Shown here: positions 62,199 to 64,000 of the stretch, piece after piece
How positions within the stretch are numbered: position 1 is the stretch's first letter
Layout of the letters: every line of letters starts with the position of its first letter
Assembly: GCA_965262635.1 (NCBI GenBank)
Contig: OZ253547.1
Span: 3,644,234 to 3,708,233, forward strand
Direction of reading: 5' to 3'
DNA: 64,000 nt
Origin: Candidatus Versatilivorator sp.
GTDB taxonomy: Bacteria > Acidobacteriota > Terriglobia > Versatilivoradales > Versatilivoraceae
The notes under the pieces: generated by a model
The model's database searches: none
What the model saw: only the letters and a program-made list of their open reading frames with translations
Told to the model about the DNA's origin: nothing
Program-made: the position numbers and the translations under genes

Positions 62199-62459
62199 AT
62201 GACCATGATGAACCCGACACACCCGGGCGAAAGCGTCCGCAACTGCATCGAAGAATCCGGCTTGACGGTGACGGAGTGCGCCAAGCGGCTTGGCGTGACC
62301 CGGAACAACCTGTCAAGGTTGTTGAACGGGCGGATTGGGATTTCGGCTTCGGTGGCCCTGGGGTTGGAACGCATCGGTTGGAGCAACGCGGAGTTCTGGA
62401 TGAGATTGCAAGGAAACTACGCATTGGCGCAAGAGCGGCGAAGGCAAACGGCGGCTTGA
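62199..62459 (+). CDS. higA: HigA antitoxin (XRE HTH)
   Basis: 86 aa; HTH block LTVTECAKRLGVTRNNLSRLLNGR; 11 nt after higB. Confidence 0.75.
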   Translation: MTMMNPTHPGESVRNCIEESGLTVTECAKRLGVTRNNLSRLLNGRIGISASVALGLERIGWSNAEFWMRLQGNYALAQERRRQTAA

Positions 62460-62593
62460 TAGGCGCAGACCAACCCAAAGAAGGGAACATGGATGGACAG
62501 GATACATAGGATTCTTTTTCTCTATCCTGAATATCCTGTCCATCCATGTTCAAAAACTCCTAAACCCTTTGAGCCAGCCATCGCGGCGACAGG

Positions 62594-64000
62594 CATGAGA
62601 ACACAACCACTTCGCATGGACGAGCGCAACCACGTCGAGAAACCGTTCCTGGATCAACTCGCCGGGCTTGGCTGGAAGATCCTCGACCTCGACAATCAGC
62701 AACTCCCCACCGACAGCCATCGTGGGAGCTTCAACGAGGTGGTGATGCTGCCCGTGCTGCGCGAGCGGCTCCAGGTTATCAATCCCTGGTTGGAGAATGA
62801 CCAGATCGACGAAGTCGTCAAACAACTCACCGCCAGCTTTCCGGGCACGGGGCTTTTGGAGAACAATCGGCACGTCTTCAATCTGCTGCTGGAGAACACC
62901 AGCCTCGGCCAGAACCGGCAAACAGGCGAGAGAAGCCCGACCGTCCATTTCGTTGATTTCAAGAATCGCGAGAAAAACAGCTTCATCGCCGTCTGTCAAT
63001 TCAAGGTCCGAGTCCTTGGAACCGAGCACCACATCATTCCCGACATCGTGCTCTTCCTGAACGGCCTGCCGGTGGTGGCGATCGAGTGCAAGTCCCCCAA
63101 GGTGAAGGACGCCATCCCGGAGGCCATCGATCAGCTTCTGCGCTACAGCGAGCAACGCGGCGCCAGCGGCGAGGGGAGCGCGCCCCTCTTCTACTACAAC
63201 CAGTTCGTGGTGGCCACCTGCCGGCAACAAGCCAAGTTCGGAACCATCACCACCCACAGCGAAAAGTATTTCTACCGCTGGGCGGACCCCTATCCCCGGA
63301 CGGTGGATGATCTGGAACATGGGGCGGGAGGCCCGAACGATCAGAAGCGCCTGGTGGCGGGGATGCTCGATCCCGGCAATCTGCTCGACCTGATTCGCAC
63401 CTTCACGCTGTTCACCGTCAACGAAGAGGGCGAGACCATCAAGATGGTGGGGCGTTACCAGCAGTTCCGCGCAGTGAAGCTGGCGGTGAAGCGTTTGGTG
63501 GAAGGCCAGAGTCCACGCCAGCGCAGCGGCATCGTCTGGCACACCCAGGGATCGGGCAAATCGTTAACCATGATGTTCATGGTCCGAGAGATGTACCGCC
63601 GCGCCGCGCTCGCCAATTGGAAGGTGGTATTCGTCACCGACCGCACCCAGCTCGAACAGCAGCTTTCCGAAACCAGCGGGAACATCGGCTTTACGGTGAA
63701 AGTGGCGGACAGCATCCAAAGGCTCAAGGAGTTGCTTCGAGCCGACACCTCGGATCTGGTCATGGCCATGATCCACAAGTTTCGCGAGGTGGATCTCGAA
63801 GAGACCTTTCCTGAACTCAACGCCAGCCCCCGCATTCTGGTCATGACCGACGAGGCCCATCGTTCCCAGTACAAGCTGCTGGGCGCCAACCTCGACAGGG
63901 CGATTCCCAACGCCACCAGGATTGGTTACACCGGCACGCCGATCGACAAGACCGAAAAGGTGTTCGGCGACTATATCGACAAGACAAGTACACCCTGCGC
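62594..64000 (+). CDS. hsdR: type I restriction enzyme R subunit HsdR, N-terminal ~469 aa (runs off the window end)
   Basis: Not in the ORF track because no stop occurs before the window end; my translation gives HsdR_N nuclease region, helicase motif I HTQGSGKSLTM, motif II MTDEAHRSQY (DEAH), motif III GYTGTP. Confidence 0.8.

Overview
This is a high-GC (roughly 60-65%) bacterial chromosomal segment, most likely from an Acidobacteria-type genome; that placement is an inference from three paralogous vWA proteins of the Acidobacterial VWFA-related type, BshC and a futalosine-pathway radical SAM enzyme. Roughly the first 51 kb is mostly housekeeping genes: metG, pyrG, kdsB, dtd, aroA, a glnD-like gene, lhr, a split acyl-CoA mutase, a MacAB-like efflux system and an imuA-imuB-dnaE2 mutagenesis cassette. 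This region is densely seeded with a 130-250 bp MITE-like repeat family (17-bp terminal inverted repeat CCCGCATTTCTCACCGG, at least 9 copies or fragments) plus two other small intergenic repeat families. The last ~13 kb (about 51-64 kb) is an AT-richer defense and toxin-antitoxin island: phd-vapC, then a type I R-M system in which hsdM-hsdS is separated from hsdR (partial, runs off the window end) by a 6.5-kb insertion. That insertion carries two AT-rich unknown genes, an IS3-family element with an A8 frameshift site, a two-gene operon (HExxH gluzincin-like protein plus AAA ATPase with a DUF234-type C-terminal domain) with a divergently transcribed HigA-like HTH gene, and a higBA pair bounded by covarying hairpin repeats. 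The HExxH/ATPase operon is my best candidate for an undescribed defense module. No rRNA, tRNA or CRISPR array was seen. Several CDS starts have been moved downstream of the ORF-track starts where signal peptides or conserved N-termini indicate it.
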